DNA from: Vulcanimicrobiota bacterium | GTDB taxonomy: Bacteria > Vulcanimicrobiota > Xenobia > Xenobiales > JADMJV01 | DNA: 64,000 nucleotides | Direction of reading: 5' to 3' | Assembly (NCBI GenBank): GCA_050250895.1 | Contig: JBFWNU010000001.1 | Coordinates: forward strand, 2,788,891-2,852,890 | In this document: piece after piece, positions 9,842 through 20,345 of the stretch | Position numbering within the stretch: position 1 is the stretch's first letter | How the letters are laid out: the number at the start of each line of letters is the position of its first letter | Notes under the pieces: model-generated | The model's database searches: none | What the model was told of the DNA's origin: nothing | The model's input: only the letters and a program-made list of their open reading frames with translations | Translations under genes and position numbers: made by a program

Positions 9842-11368
9842 TTGAGCGAACATGACGACTGGGGGGTGTACCTCGTCACCGACGAGGCCCCCGAGGGCTT
9901 GCCCACTACCCTCGTGTTGGAGTGCCTGCTCGAGTTCGGTTCCGTTCCTGATCATCAGCAACTCGATGCGTTGCAGGATGCTTGCGATCGAATGTTCGCC
10001 AGCTACGATGCCGAAGAAGAACTGGCTCCCGCGCTCGAGGAGAAGGTTCAGGGTGTCAACGATGCCCTGGGCGCTTTCCAGGCCGCCCTCGAGCAAGAAG
10101 AAGGGCTCGAGGCCGCCCGCGATGATCTGATCGAGGCCGTCGAAGCCCTGCACTGGGGCCGTCTGGCCAGCGGTCGCAGCCCCTTCGGGGTGATCAACGT
10201 CTATCGCAATCTGTGGGCCCTGCGCGAGCATCCCGAACTGCCCGGCGACGCCTGGACTCAGGCTACCGAGCGCAGTCTCGGCTTCTATGGCGCCGCCCTC
10301 GATGAGCTGGAAGCCAGCGGCAAGCTCGACGATCCCACCGTGGCCCACCGCCACCAGGCCCTGTGCGCGCTGATCGGCGTGCTCGAGGGGGTGGGCCAGC
10401 AGATGCAGGACCCTGAGGAGTTCGTCGAGCCGTTGCGGACGGCGCTGCTCGAGGTCAATTTGGCAGTCAAGGCCTATGGTGAGGGGATGGTGGACGGCCC
10501 GACCGGCTCGCGTCCGATCAATCACGTGCATCTGGCCGCTGTGCGCGTCCGCCGAGGCTTGATGGAGCCCGAGCTACTCGAGCGAGCCATCGAGCCGGTC
10601 CGTACCATCGTGCTCGAGTGGCTAAGCCAGGTCGACCACAGCGAAGGGCCGCATCTTCGCCCCGGGCTCGAGCACCTGGGCCAGGCCCTGACCGAGTTGG
10701 CTCGATTTGCCCGAGAGGGACAAGACGGTCCGGCCGTCGAGGCCGCCCTCGCAGGGCTGGTCGCCCACGGCAACGCTTTCACCGAGGCGTACGCGATCTA
10801 TAAGAAGCATCTCGAGCAGGCCCACACGGTGGTCTGCGTGGCCTGCGGAGCCCGTCACCGACCCGGCGAGCGAGCCTGCAGTTGCGGCGCGGTATTGCCC
10901 CGCTGGAAGCGCGGTGAAGAGAGCGCCGTCAGGATTCTGGCCGGCGAATCCGGCATCGAGGCCGGCGCGGTGGTGACCGCCCCCATGCGCGAGCTGGCCG
11001 ATGCCTGTCAGGCTTTCGAACGGCAAGAGCTGCCGTTAGACGCCTTCAGGGCCCTGCTTGAGAAGCACGCCGAGCAGGCTTCCGGAGCCGAGTTGCGCCT
11101 GGGTCAGCTGCGACTGCCGGAGCTGCCCGCCGAAGCCACGGCGGCCGAGCGGGCCGCTACCAGGCCGGTCGAGGAGTTCGGGCGGCAGTCACTCGATGCC
11201 TTGCTCAGTGGGCTCAATCGTTGTCTGGATGGTCTCCAAGAAATGATGAAGGCCGCCGAGAACGGCGACCCTGTTGGTCTGCGGCAAGGGCTGCAGAGGT
11301 ATGGTGACGGCAGCCAGCTCGTTTGGGAGGCCCGTCAGGCCTACGAGCTGGCCACCGCCGAGGCCTAA
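9842..11368 (+). CDS. Helical hypothetical protein with internal zinc ribbon
   Basis: 508-aa ORF abutting the upstream stop. CVACG...ACSCGAVLP motif. Confidence 0.75.
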   Translation: MSEHDDWGVYLVTDEAPEGLPTTLVLECLLEFGSVPDHQQLDALQDACDRMFASYDAEEELAPALEEKVQGVNDALGAFQAALEQEEGLEAARDDLIEAVEALHWGRLASGRSPFGVINVYRNLWALREHPELPGDAWTQATERSLGFYGAALDELEASGKLDDPTVAHRHQALCALIGVLEGVGQQMQDPEEFVEPLRTALLEVNLAVKAYGEGMVDGPTGSRPINHVHLAAVRVRRGLMEPELLERAIEPVRTIVLEWLSQVDHSEGPHLRPGLEHLGQALTELARFAREGQDGPAVEAALAGLVAHGNAFTEAYAIYKKHLEQAHTVVCVACGARHRPGERACSCGAVLPRWKRGEESAVRILAGESGIEAGAVVTAPMRELADACQAFERQELPLDAFRALLEKHAEQASGAELRLGQLRLPELPAEATAAERAATRPVEEFGRQSLDALLSGLNRCLDGLQEMMKAAENGDPVGLRQGLQRYGDGSQLVWEARQAYELATAEA

Positions 11369-13227
11369 GGCGCCGGAAAGCAGGTTCCCGGAGGAACCGG
11401 CGTCGGCGCGGTGGTGAAGGTGGGGGCCGGGTTATTGTTGCCCAGGTCCTCGAATTGGGCGGATACGCCCGAGAAGACGCTCACCAGCGCGGTCATTCCC
11501 GAGATTTCCAGGCAGTGGGTGGCACTGGTCTGGACTCGCACCGGCACGCTGCTGTTGCGCAGCCGGATGCGCGAAGGCACCGACGGGCTGAGCACGCCCT
11601 GCGGGGTGGCCGCGACCGCGTCGAGAATCCATACCACTTCGGCCGCCGTGGGCGGATTGGTGGTCAGGCGGAAGGGCGGCGCGGTGCCGTTGATGGTCAG
11701 GTTGGAAAGGGTGGTCATCGGCGCCGCCATCCCCACCTGGTTGACGTTGATGACATTGTTGGCGCCGGTGATGTTATTGAAGGTGCAGTTGTCGACGGTA
11801 AAACTGCTGCCGTTGAGGCGCAACGGACCGACGGCGTTGGCGAAGGTACTGTTGTTGATGGTCAGGCCGGTGTCGCCGGCGGCCGTGGCCGTGGTGTTGA
11901 CCCCGATGGTGCCGTCGGCAGACAGATTGGTCAGGGTGCCGGCGATATTGCCCTGGTTCTGCGAGGTGCGCACCGCCTGCACGCTGGAGGTCGCGGTCAC
12001 GTTGCTGGCCGTGAAGTTGAGGCTGGCGTTACCGTTAACGTTGGAGCTGACGGCAGTCATGTTGAGGGCCGTCTCGTAGGTGTTGGGCACGTTGACGGTG
12101 TCGATGGTGGCCATGGCCGCTCCCCCGTTGAACGTGCTCACGGTGATGGCCGTCTGAGCGCCGGTGCCGCCGGTGAAAGTGGCCCGGTTGATGGTCACGT
12201 TGACCGGGCCCATGCCGCGGTTGCCGTCGACGCCCACGGTGATACCGCCGCCGGTGAAGTTGTTGTCGTTAGCCGTGAAGGCGCCGTTGCCGACGGTCGT
12301 TTGCACCAGGAAGTTGTTGGCGTTAGCGCTGGTGAAGGCGTTGTTGTTGACTTGCACGGTGGCCGTGTCGCTGGTCAGGGCCAGGGCCCCGAAATTGGTG
12401 TTTTCGAAGGCGTTGTTGTGGATGTTGATGGTGCCTGGATTGAGGTCGAGCACCGTCAGGGTGTTGCCGGCCGCCTCGAGAAATCGAAAGCCCGCCACCT
12501 CGTTGTCGCCGGCCAGAGTAATGTTGGCCTGGACGGTCGGGGGCGTGCCGGCCGGAACCAGCGTCTGGGCCAGAACACGGTTGGCCGGCGGTTGGGCGGG
12601 CGTTCCGGAAAGCGCAAAACCGACCCCTTCACCGAGCAAGATGACGCCCCGGGCAATATTGATGTTGCCCATCAGGTTGTTGCTGGTGCCGTCGCCCTGG
12701 AACACGAAGATGGTGTCACCGGCGTTGGCCAGGGTGGCGGCGCTGTCGAGGTTGTTGAACGGGTTGGCCTGACTGCCGTCGCCGTTGGTGGCGCGACTGT
12801 TGTCGACGAAGAAGCCGTCACCCCGGATCGTGATCTTGACGATCGTCGTGCTCCGACCGTCATCGTTGACCAGGGTATAAGTGAAGGCGTCGATGCCCGC
12901 GAAGCCGGGGCGAGGTGTGTAGGTGAAGCTGCCGTCGGCATTGAGCACCACCGTAGCGCCGTTGAGGCTGGTGGCATCGAAGCTGTTGATGGTGGCCCCG
13001 TTGAGGGTGTCGTTGGCCAGGACGCCGTTAGCCACAGGCACGGTCAAAACGGCGTTGCCGAGGGCGAGATATTCGTCGAGCACCGCCTGGGGCGGCATCG
13101 CGTTAGGATTGTTGGTCGTTACGACGGTCACGCCACCATTGGTGGTGACCGTTTCGTCGTCGCAGTCGCAGCCGCAAAGTTGCGAAGCTAGAAATACCAG
13201 GATTAATAGTGAAAGACCCCTTTTCAT
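11365..13227 (-). CDS. Surface lipoprotein with Ig/cadherin-like (Big_9-type) domain and Asn/Thr-rich beta-helix
   Basis: Signal peptide with lipobox LCGC. GVLAND...LNADGSFTYTP...DAFTYT. FFVDNS..NGDGSQANPF (DUF1565-like). Confidence 0.8.
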   Translation of the reverse strand: MKRGLSLLILVFLASQLCGCDCDDETVTTNGGVTVVTTNNPNAMPPQAVLDEYLALGNAVLTVPVANGVLANDTLNGATINSFDATSLNGATVVLNADGSFTYTPRPGFAGIDAFTYTLVNDDGRSTTIVKITIRGDGFFVDNSRATNGDGSQANPFNNLDSAATLANAGDTIFVFQGDGTSNNLMGNINIARGVILLGEGVGFALSGTPAQPPANRVLAQTLVPAGTPPTVQANITLAGDNEVAGFRFLEAAGNTLTVLDLNPGTINIHNNAFENTNFGALALTSDTATVQVNNNAFTSANANNFLVQTTVGNGAFTANDNNFTGGGITVGVDGNRGMGPVNVTINRATFTGGTGAQTAITVSTFNGGAAMATIDTVNVPNTYETALNMTAVSSNVNGNASLNFTASNVTATSSVQAVRTSQNQGNIAGTLTNLSADGTIGVNTTATAAGDTGLTINNSTFANAVGPLRLNGSSFTVDNCTFNNITGANNVINVNQVGMAAPMTTLSNLTINGTAPPFRLTTNPPTAAEVVWILDAVAATPQGVLSPSVPSRIRLRNSSVPVRVQTSATHCLEISGMTALVSVFSGVSAQFEDLGNNNPAPTFTTAPTPVPPGTCFPAP

Positions 13228-13252
13228 AGGACCCGGTTCTGGGAGGGGCGAG

Positions 13253-14566
13253 TTAATCCTTCTGCTCGGCAGGGGGCGTGAGCTGACGTTCTTGCTCGAT
13301 CATGGCGGCCAGCCGGTCTTTGACCCGATCAAAATGGATTCGCAAGGAATGGACGTGAGCCCCAAAGGCGGCCGGCATGGTGCCCAGTTCCTGAACGTCG
13401 CGCTCGATCTCATGGAGCTTTTCGAAGAGTTCTCCCGGGAGGAGCTTTTCGAGTCGGGTCTCGAGTTCCTGGATGGCCTTGTAGCGCTTATCGATCTTGC
13501 GCTTCATGGTCCAGCCGTAGACCATCGGCAACAGCCTGCCCAGTGGCGCCAATAGGCCGAGGAAGGGAATCATCAAAACGGCCATACGATCGAGGGCGCT
13601 GGCTACGTGAAAGGGAAGATGGCGATAGAGAAACGAGGTGCCGCGTCGGTAAAAGGTCTTGGCGTCGGCCGATACCGGGTAGCTGCAGAAGTCGGCGGTG
13701 GGAAACTGGTTGGTCTTGCCCAGGATGTCGCCCTGGCCGTGAATCTCGCGGCCGGCCTCGAGCACGACGGCCACCAGGGCCTGGTGAAAGTCCGAGCGGA
13801 CGACCAGCGTGGCCGCCGGCGCAATCAAATGGACGTCCTCGCGGGGCAAATCATCGTGAAGGTCCATGACTCCGGCCGGCAGCACCACCTCAGAAAGAAA
13901 ATGGTGGCGGCGCACATAGGCTTTCGAGCGAGTGAAGTTCATCAGCCGGATATCGGGGCTGGCCAACAGTCGACCGACGGCCGGAATAGTGTGCGAGCCG
14001 ACGATGAAAAGCGCATCGATCTGGCCTGCCATCAGCTGCCTTTCACCCTCTTCGCCGCCGATCGAGACCAGTTCGACCTGGTCGAGCATGCGATTGTCCT
14101 CGAGCAACTGCACTGCGATGGTTCTGGTGCCGCTGCCTTCGGAACCCACCGCCAAGCGCTTGCCCTTCAGCTGAGTGAGCTGAGTGTAGGGACCTTCGCC
14201 GCGAACAAAGACCCACAGCGGCTCGAGGTACACGCTGCCCAGCGAGACCAGCTCGTGTTTGAGATTGGGATCCACGATCCCGCCCTGGATCAGGGCGATG
14301 TCGGCTTTGCCTTCGTCGAGCAGGCGCAGGTTCTCGGTCGAGCCGTGGGTCTCCAGCACCTGGATGTCGACCCCGAGCGGGCCGAGAGTGTTCTGGTATT
14401 CCTGGGCAAATCGGTAGTAGGCGCCCCAGCTCGAGCCGCTGGCGAAACGAAGCTTCATGGGTGGGGGAGGGCCTACAAAATTCCAGGCCCAGATAAAGCC
14501 CAGCATCGAGAGCACGATCCCCGGCCCGTAGATTACCCACAGTTCGCGATTACGGTCTTTTGACAC
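13253..14566 (-). CDS. TAXI-family TRAP solute-binding protein with N- and C-terminal TM segments
   Basis: ASGSSWGAYY, THGSTENLRLL, ADIALIQGG, GKRLAVGSEGSGT. Confidence 0.85.
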   Translation of the reverse strand: MSKDRNRELWVIYGPGIVLSMLGFIWAWNFVGPPPPMKLRFASGSSWGAYYRFAQEYQNTLGPLGVDIQVLETHGSTENLRLLDEGKADIALIQGGIVDPNLKHELVSLGSVYLEPLWVFVRGEGPYTQLTQLKGKRLAVGSEGSGTRTIAVQLLEDNRMLDQVELVSIGGEEGERQLMAGQIDALFIVGSHTIPAVGRLLASPDIRLMNFTRSKAYVRRHHFLSEVVLPAGVMDLHDDLPREDVHLIAPAATLVVRSDFHQALVAVVLEAGREIHGQGDILGKTNQFPTADFCSYPVSADAKTFYRRGTSFLYRHLPFHVASALDRMAVLMIPFLGLLAPLGRLLPMVYGWTMKRKIDKRYKAIQELETRLEKLLPGELFEKLHEIERDVQELGTMPAAFGAHVHSLRIHFDRVKDRLAAMIEQERQLTPPAEQKD

Positions 14567-14593
14567 CCACGGGATGCTTCGACCCGCCCGCCG

Positions 14594-15508
14594 CTAGTGC
14601 CTCCGACGTCCCCGGCGGGTTGCCCCGAGAAGCCCGGCCAGGTCCGCGGCATCGGCCGTCGGGGAGGTTCCAGGAGGCATGGCCAGGGCGTGCTCGGGCT
14701 TGTCGGCGATAATCACGGTCATGGCCCGGCCCAGGCTCAAGGGAACCAGGACCGTCCCGGAGGTCGTCTTCTGCAGGCTGAACTGGTTGCGAAACAGATG
14801 CTCGAGGCGGACCCTGGGGTCCCCCCGGCGCAACAGAACCTTGCCTCGCTGGGACAGGTTGCTGCCCTCGACCCGCGTCGCCTTTCCGTCGCGAAACCAG
14901 ACCATCGTCTCTCCGTAGCGCACGCCCGTGAATTTGGAAGGGGCGGCTCCCTGGCCCTGGAGATGGGCCATAATCTGGGGGCGTTGCAGCAGGTCCATGG
15001 GCTCGGGCTCTTGACCGGTGGCTTGGGCCACTTCCGAGGGGGTCATGCCCAACTCGACCCGGTCGCACGCCATGGCCTCGCCGGGCACGAAAAGCAGGTT
15101 GTGATAGACCACGCCGTCCTGGGTGGGATCGTGTTCGTAATCCCAGAACGAGGCACCGACCCCCAGGGCTACCATGACCGCGATCCAGGCCAGGCAGCCG
15201 AACATGCAACCACCCTGACGCCGACCCGAGGCCGTGAACTGGGCCAAAGTCGGCAAGGCTAGAAAGGCCACGCCCACCAGCCAGAACGAGTCGCTCAGGG
15301 GACCAGAGCGAAACAGCGAGAGGATGAGCAAGACGGCCCAGGTGATAGGGATGCAGGTGGCCAGGCGCCACCAGGCCGAGTTGGGAAGTTTGTCGGCGAA
15401 CTCGCTCACCGGCGGCGCACTCTCGCGCACCGCGAAACGATGCCCGCAATCGCAGCGGGCGACCGCATCGCCATGGAGTTGGCCGCAGGTCGGGCAGAGC
15501 TTGTTCAC
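14594..15508 (-). CDS. Membrane protein with N-terminal zinc ribbon
   Basis: CPTCG...RCDCGHRF followed by three hydrophobic helices. Confidence 0.65.
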   Translation of the reverse strand: MNKLCPTCGQLHGDAVARCDCGHRFAVRESAPPVSEFADKLPNSAWWRLATCIPITWAVLLILSLFRSGPLSDSFWLVGVAFLALPTLAQFTASGRRQGGCMFGCLAWIAVMVALGVGASFWDYEHDPTQDGVVYHNLLFVPGEAMACDRVELGMTPSEVAQATGQEPEPMDLLQRPQIMAHLQGQGAAPSKFTGVRYGETMVWFRDGKATRVEGSNLSQRGKVLLRRGDPRVRLEHLFRNQFSLQKTTSGTVLVPLSLGRAMTVIIADKPEHALAMPPGTSPTADAADLAGLLGATRRGRRRH

Positions 15509-15542
15509 CTTGTCATGTCCTGCGGAGCGGTGGATTTCTCCT

Positions 15543-17876
15543 CTAAAGTCTGGCCTGGGCCAGCCGCAAGCTGTTCGAGACCACGCTCACGCTCGAGAAG
15601 GCCATGGCGGCCGCGGCCAGCATCGGGTGTAAGCCGGTCGTCCAGCCCGGCGCGCCGGCCACCAGGGCTCCCACGCCGGCTGCCAGGGGAATGAGCAGGC
15701 AGTTGTAAGCGAAAGCCCAGAACAGGTTCTGGCGGATGATGCGGGCGCTGGCGCGACTCAACTTGATGGCGCGCACGACGCCAGTCGGATCGTGGCCGGC
15801 CAGGGTGACCTGAGCCGTCTCGATGGCCACATCGGTGCCGCTGCCGATGGCCAACCCCACCTCGGCCGCGGCCAGGGCGGGGGCATCGTTGATGCCATCT
15901 CCAACCACGGCTACCCGGCGACCCAGCCGGCGCAGTTCGGCCACCGTCTCGGCCTTGCCCTCGGGGGTCTGGGCGGCAAAGACCTGGGTTATCCCGACTT
16001 GCCGGGCCACCAGCGCGGCCGAGCCGGCGTTGTCTCCGGTCAACATCACCGACTCGATACCCAGCCTCTCGAGTTCGGCCACGGTCGCAGCGGCCGAGGC
16101 GACCAGTTGATCAGCCACTCCCAGCAGCCCCACCACTTCGCGGTCGCAGGCCACGGCCACTACCGTCAGTCCCTGGTCTTCCATGGCCTGGGCCGAGGCC
16201 AAAAGCTGGCCCTCGAGACCGATCCAACCGGGACGTCCCACCCGCACCGTCTGGCCCTCGAACTGGCCGCTGACCCCCTGACCGGGATAGGTGGTCACCT
16301 CGTCGGCTCGACCCGCTCCCGGGCTGGCCTCGACAATAGCGTGGGCCAGAGGGTGGGTGCTGGCGGCCTCGACGGCGGCGGCTAGAGCCACCACCTGGTC
16401 ACCCCCCACGACTTCGACCACGGCGGGTTTACCCTGAGTGATGGTGCCGGTCTTGTCGAAGGCCACCGTGTCCACCCGAGCCAGGGTCTCGAGTGCCTCG
16501 GCATCGCGAAACAGCAGCCCGACCTGAGCACCGCGGCCGATTCCGGCCACCACCGCGGTGGGAGTAGCCAATCCCAGGGCGCAGGGGCACGCCACCACCA
16601 GCACGGCTACCAGATGAGTCAGAGCGGCCTCGACCCCCACCGACCACCAGGCCATCAGAGTGAGCAGAGCCAACCCCAGCACCACGGGGACGAACACGGC
16701 CGCCACCTGGTCGACCAGCTCTTGCACCGGTGGCCGGCTGCTCTGGGCCTTGCGCACCATCTCGACCAGGCGAGCCAGGGCCGTGGCCTTGCCCACCGCG
16801 GTCACCTTGACCGTCAATTGGCCGTTGCCGTTGATGGTGGCTCCGGTGACGGGGTCGCCCGGGCCTTTCTCGACCGGCACCGGCTCGCCCGTGAGCATGC
16901 TCTCGTCGACCTGGCTGTGGCCGGCCTCGATGACTCCGTCCACGGGAATCTTCTCGCCGGCCAGCACCACGGCTCGATCGCCCACCTTGACCTGTTCGAG
17001 GGCAACTTCGATTTGCTCGTCGCCCCGCTGCAGACGCGCCTTCGGAGGAGCCAGTGCTAACAGGGCCCGAACGGCCTGACCGGTGCGTCGCTTGGCGCGG
17101 TGCTCGAGCAGTTTGCCCAGCAGCACCAGCGTGATGATGACGGCGGCCGTCTCGAAATACAGATGCTTTCCCACCACCGTCACACCGGCCAGAACGGCCA
17201 GGCTGGAGAGATAGGCGGTGGTGGAACCCAGGCTGACCAGCAGGTCCATGTTGGCCGAGCGGTTGCGTAGGGCGGTCACGGCCCCGCGGTGAAAATCCAG
17301 ACCCACCCAGGCCCACACCGGCGTGGCCAGCAGGGCTTGCAGCCAGCCCGGGCCGCTGCCGCTCATGGCCAGCACGAACAGCGGCAGAGTTAGCGCCGCG
17401 CCCACCGTTAGCCTCGCCTTGAGGGTCTGTTCATACTCGGCCAGCGGGTCTTCTTCGGGCTCTTGTTCGACCACCAGTTCCCAGCCGGCCGCGGCCACCG
17501 CCTCGGCCAGTTCCTCGAGCGAGGTCCCGGTCCAGTGGTGGATCCTGGCGCTGGCTTCGGTCAGGTTGATGTCGGCTGACAAAACCCCTGGAAAGCCCTC
17601 GATGGTGGCTTTGGCCCGCTTGACACAGCCAGCGCAATGGAGCCCCTTGAGGGGATATTCTTGCTCGACGGTGGGGACTCCAAAGCCGGCTTCATCGATC
17701 TGCTCGACCAGTTGCCGGCTGCCCAGCCGTTCGGGGTCGAGGGTCACGGTGACCTGGCTTTCGACCAGGTCGACCACGGCCGTATCGATCCCGCTCACGG
17801 CTGACAGTTTGTCTTGAAGGCGGCGCACACAGCCCGCGCAGTGCAAGCCCGAGACGGGCACGACCAGTGTTTTCAC
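15543..17876 (-). CDS. copA: Copper-translocating P1B-type ATPase
   Basis: Two HMA domains (GLHCAGC), [21 protein letters not shown], and the YN and MAFSS Cu+ signatures. Confidence 0.93.
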   Translation of the reverse strand: MKTLVVPVSGLHCAGCVRRLQDKLSAVSGIDTAVVDLVESQVTVTLDPERLGSRQLVEQIDEAGFGVPTVEQEYPLKGLHCAGCVKRAKATIEGFPGVLSADINLTEASARIHHWTGTSLEELAEAVAAAGWELVVEQEPEEDPLAEYEQTLKARLTVGAALTLPLFVLAMSGSGPGWLQALLATPVWAWVGLDFHRGAVTALRNRSANMDLLVSLGSTTAYLSSLAVLAGVTVVGKHLYFETAAVIITLVLLGKLLEHRAKRRTGQAVRALLALAPPKARLQRGDEQIEVALEQVKVGDRAVVLAGEKIPVDGVIEAGHSQVDESMLTGEPVPVEKGPGDPVTGATINGNGQLTVKVTAVGKATALARLVEMVRKAQSSRPPVQELVDQVAAVFVPVVLGLALLTLMAWWSVGVEAALTHLVAVLVVACPCALGLATPTAVVAGIGRGAQVGLLFRDAEALETLARVDTVAFDKTGTITQGKPAVVEVVGGDQVVALAAAVEAASTHPLAHAIVEASPGAGRADEVTTYPGQGVSGQFEGQTVRVGRPGWIGLEGQLLASAQAMEDQGLTVVAVACDREVVGLLGVADQLVASAAATVAELERLGIESVMLTGDNAGSAALVARQVGITQVFAAQTPEGKAETVAELRRLGRRVAVVGDGINDAPALAAAEVGLAIGSGTDVAIETAQVTLAGHDPTGVVRAIKLSRASARIIRQNLFWAFAYNCLLIPLAAGVGALVAGAPGWTTGLHPMLAAAAMAFSSVSVVSNSLRLAQARL

Positions 17877-17922
17877 AACACCTTAGACTTCGGCTTTCTA
17901 CGCAGGGTTTCCTTACCAGGAG

Positions 17923-18405
17923 CTAGCGCATAGCCTGTTCGCCGGTGAGGCGGGGCACGACCCAGTGAGCCTGGTCTTGCGACCACAGACCCACGCGGCG
18001 TTCTTTGCCTTTGGCCTGGTAGGCCGAGAGGCGCGAAGAGAACTTGGACTGGTCGAGCACGGCATAGCCGTCGACCAGCAACTGCTTATTGAGGTTCATC
18101 TTTTTGCCCGAGGGGACGGTCACCTTGACCACTGCGGTGCAGCCACCAGCACTGGTCTTGACCACCTCGACGGTGATGGGGCGGTCGGCCAGCACGCGCT
18201 TGCAGTAGGCGCTAAAGCGAGCACGAGCGCTGGGCGGCACGTCGATGCCGGCCAGGTCCACGACCAGGTCGGTCTGATCGGATTGCGAGAGCACCAGTTG
18301 GCCCTCGGGAGTCGTCCCGCTCAAAGTCGCGGAGACGGGAGGTCGAGCCCAGGCGGGCGCCAGTAGAAGGACGATAATGGCGTTGAGTAAGAGCTTTCGG
18401 TTCAC
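17923..18405 (-). CDS. Secreted thermonuclease (SNase)-like protein, possibly degenerate
   Basis: Signal peptide. LAGIDVP, LNKQLLVDGYA and AKGKERRVGLWS match the SNase pattern. Confidence 0.7.
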   Translation of the reverse strand: MNRKLLLNAIIVLLLAPAWARPPVSATLSGTTPEGQLVLSQSDQTDLVVDLAGIDVPPSARARFSAYCKRVLADRPITVEVVKTSAGGCTAVVKVTVPSGKKMNLNKQLLVDGYAVLDQSKFSSRLSAYQAKGKERRVGLWSQDQAHWVVPRLTGEQAMR

Positions 18406-18544
18406 AGCTTCCCAAGCGTATTCCGGGTTTGTTTCAGTCAGATGAACGAAGTGTTACCGTCGCGTCAAGGCTGGGGCCAGGATCACGTTATTGTGTGGTT
18501 TTGACAATAAGTGATCCGAAAGTTGTTCATTCAATCGGTGGGAA

Positions 18545-18563
18545 ATGTTAATGTTTGTAACAT
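18545..18563. promoter_or_regulatory. Inverted-repeat operator candidate ATGTTA-N7-TAACAT
   Basis: Seen in an AT-rich intergenic region. Related ATGTT-N8-AACAT at 18601-18618. Confidence 0.4.
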
Positions 18564-18632
18564 GGCGGCAATATTCGCCTCTGGCGGTGGAGGGGTTGGG
18601 ATGTTACTCTTACAACATCAAAACCGAATAAT

Positions 18633-18706
18633 AAAGCCGCCGAGACTGGCCCCTTAAGCGTTGTGGACCCTCCTGCATACATCCTCAACTAAGTCTCGGC
18701 GGCTTT
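18633..18706. other. 15-bp perfect inverted repeat with 44-nt loop (terminator or sRNA candidate)
   Basis: AAAGCCGCCGAGACT (18633-18647) and AGTCTCGGCGGCTTT (18692-18706), followed by T-tracts. Confidence 0.55.
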
Positions 18707-19420
18707 TCCCTTTTTTCGGGGCTTGAGCTGACCGTAGCTGTAGCGTACCTGTTTGAGCATGCCCATGAGGAAGCGAATCTCCCACTCTTCGAGCCGGGCC
18801 CGGGCGGCGATATCGGCCAGTTTGGTCATCTCCTCGGCCAGGCTGGCCTGATGGTGCGGATAGCCACACTCCTGTACGAAGTGGGCCACCTCTTCGAGCA
18901 TCCGCGCTCGGATCTCGGGACGGGCCAGGCGCGGAGAGGCGCTCAGGGTGTCGGGCTGGCGGTGCAGTTCATAGAGGGTGGCAGTCACGGCGTGGGCCAG
19001 GTTCATGGAGCCGTTGGTAGGGTGAGTCGGGATCGAGACCAGCCGGCTGCACAGGTCCAAAGCCGGGTTCGATAGGCCACTCTCTTCATTGCCGAACATC
19101 AAACCCAGGCGGGCCGGCAAGAACGAAGGCAGCTCGTGCTCCACAAAAGCCGGTAGCGAGCTGAGGCGATGGCGACGCTTGCCTTCGCGACGGGTCAGGC
19201 CCAAAACCAGGGTCAACCCCTCGATCGATTCTTCGAGGGTGTCCACCGTGCGCGCTGCGGCCAGGATGGCCTCGCCGTGCACGGCCCACTTGCGCGCCTC
19301 GTCGTCGACTTCGGCGTGCGGGGCCACCAGCACCAGTTCTTTGAGCCCGAAGGTGTTCATCGAGCGGGCCACGGCTCCGATATTGACCGGGCCCATAGGA
19401 TTGACCAGGATGACCCTCAG
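18689..19420 (-). CDS. trmJ: TrmJ/LasT-family SPOUT tRNA methyltransferase
   Basis: RVILVNPMGPVNIGAVARSM, MFGNEESGLSN, SMNLAHAV. Start probably CTG at 19420. Confidence 0.85.
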   Translation of the reverse strand: MRVILVNPMGPVNIGAVARSMNTFGLKELVLVAPHAEVDDEARKWAVHGEAILAAARTVDTLEESIEGLTLVLGLTRREGKRRHRLSSLPAFVEHELPSFLPARLGLMFGNEESGLSNPALDLCSRLVSIPTHPTNGSMNLAHAVTATLYELHRQPDTLSASPRLARPEIRARMLEEVAHFVQECGYPHHQASLAEEMTKLADIAARARLEEWEIRFLMGMLKQVRYSYGQLKPRKKGKAAET

Positions 19421-19827
19421 AGAGAATCGTCCTTCGGCGCGTCTTCGGGTTCGCTCTCGGCCTCGGGCTCGGTCGAGTAGGTGGGCGGGGGCGGGGCGCT
19501 CGAAACCGGCCGGGCGCCGCTGCGGGGCAGAATATCCTCGACACTGGTCCGCAGATGGTCTTTCACCTTGCGGGCCTCTTCCATTCGTTCCTCGAGTTCT
19601 TGATTGATGTCGCGGATCTCGCGCACCCGGTCCGTCAACGAATCGGGGTCGAAGCGGTCCATCTCGAACATCACGAAGACGCGATGACCCAGGTCGAGGA
19701 TGCACTCGTCGCGTCGATGCTCGAGTTGCTTGATCTTCGACGAGAGCTTCTGCACCTCGACGGCCTCGTTGGCGCGGCTCTTGAGAAACTCGAGGCCCTT
19801 TTTGGCCTTGTCCTGGAATTGGTCCAT
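19417..19827 (-). CDS. Coiled-coil hypothetical protein
   Basis: GGGAGGA RBS before ATG 19827. Heptad-rich, with a Pro/acidic tail. Confidence 0.75.
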   Translation of the reverse strand: MDQFQDKAKKGLEFLKSRANEAVEVQKLSSKIKQLEHRRDECILDLGHRVFVMFEMDRFDPDSLTDRVREIRDINQELEERMEEARKVKDHLRTSVEDILPRSGARPVSSAPPPPTYSTEPEAESEPEDAPKDDSL

Positions 19828-19883
19828 GGAAGTCCTCCCGGCTGCGGGTTTCTCTCTACCTGTCATCGAATACCTTCCCTTCA

Positions 19884-20345
19884 ATGTCCGAGTTTGTCGA
19901 CCAGATTTGTGAAGATGCCGAGTCTACCCGCCGTCTGGGCGAGCAGCTGGCCGGCCGCCTTTATGCGGGGGCCGTGCTGGCCTTGAAAGGGCCGTTAGGC
20001 GCCGGTAAGACGACCTTCACCCAGGGCCTGGTGCGGGGATTGGGCGGCCACGATTCGGTCACCAGCCCAACCTTCGTACTGATGCATATCTACGAGCAGG
20101 GCCGCTTGCCCGTCTTTCATTTTGACGCCTATCGCCTGGAGGGGCCCGAGCAGCTCGAAGAGATCGGGGCGGAAGAATACTTCTGGGGTGACGGGGTAAG
20201 CGTGGTGGAATGGGCCGAGCGGGCCGACCGCTTGCTGCCACCCGACCATCTCGAGATCGATTTCGAGCTGCTGCCGCAGGGGCGGCGGGCCCGGCTGCGC
20301 CCCTTCGGAAACCGCTCGCGAGAACTTTTGGAGAGCTTTCGATGA
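19884..20345 (+). CDS. tsaE: t6A biosynthesis ATPase TsaE
   Basis: GPLGAGKTTF, VTSPTF, HFDAYRL, VVEWAE. Confidence 0.95.
   Translation: MSEFVDQICEDAESTRRLGEQLAGRLYAGAVLALKGPLGAGKTTFTQGLVRGLGGHDSVTSPTFVLMHIYEQGRLPVFHFDAYRLEGPEQLEEIGAEEYFWGDGVSVVEWAERADRLLPPDHLEIDFELLPQGRRARLRPFGNRSRELLESFR

Noticed and set aside
11323-13191. 622-aa plus-strand ORF
   Set aside because: Antisense shadow of the lipoprotein gene.
19421-19705. N-terminal extension of trmJ in the ORF track
   Set aside because: It overlaps the upstream gene and has no SPOUT similarity. The conserved region starts at 19420.
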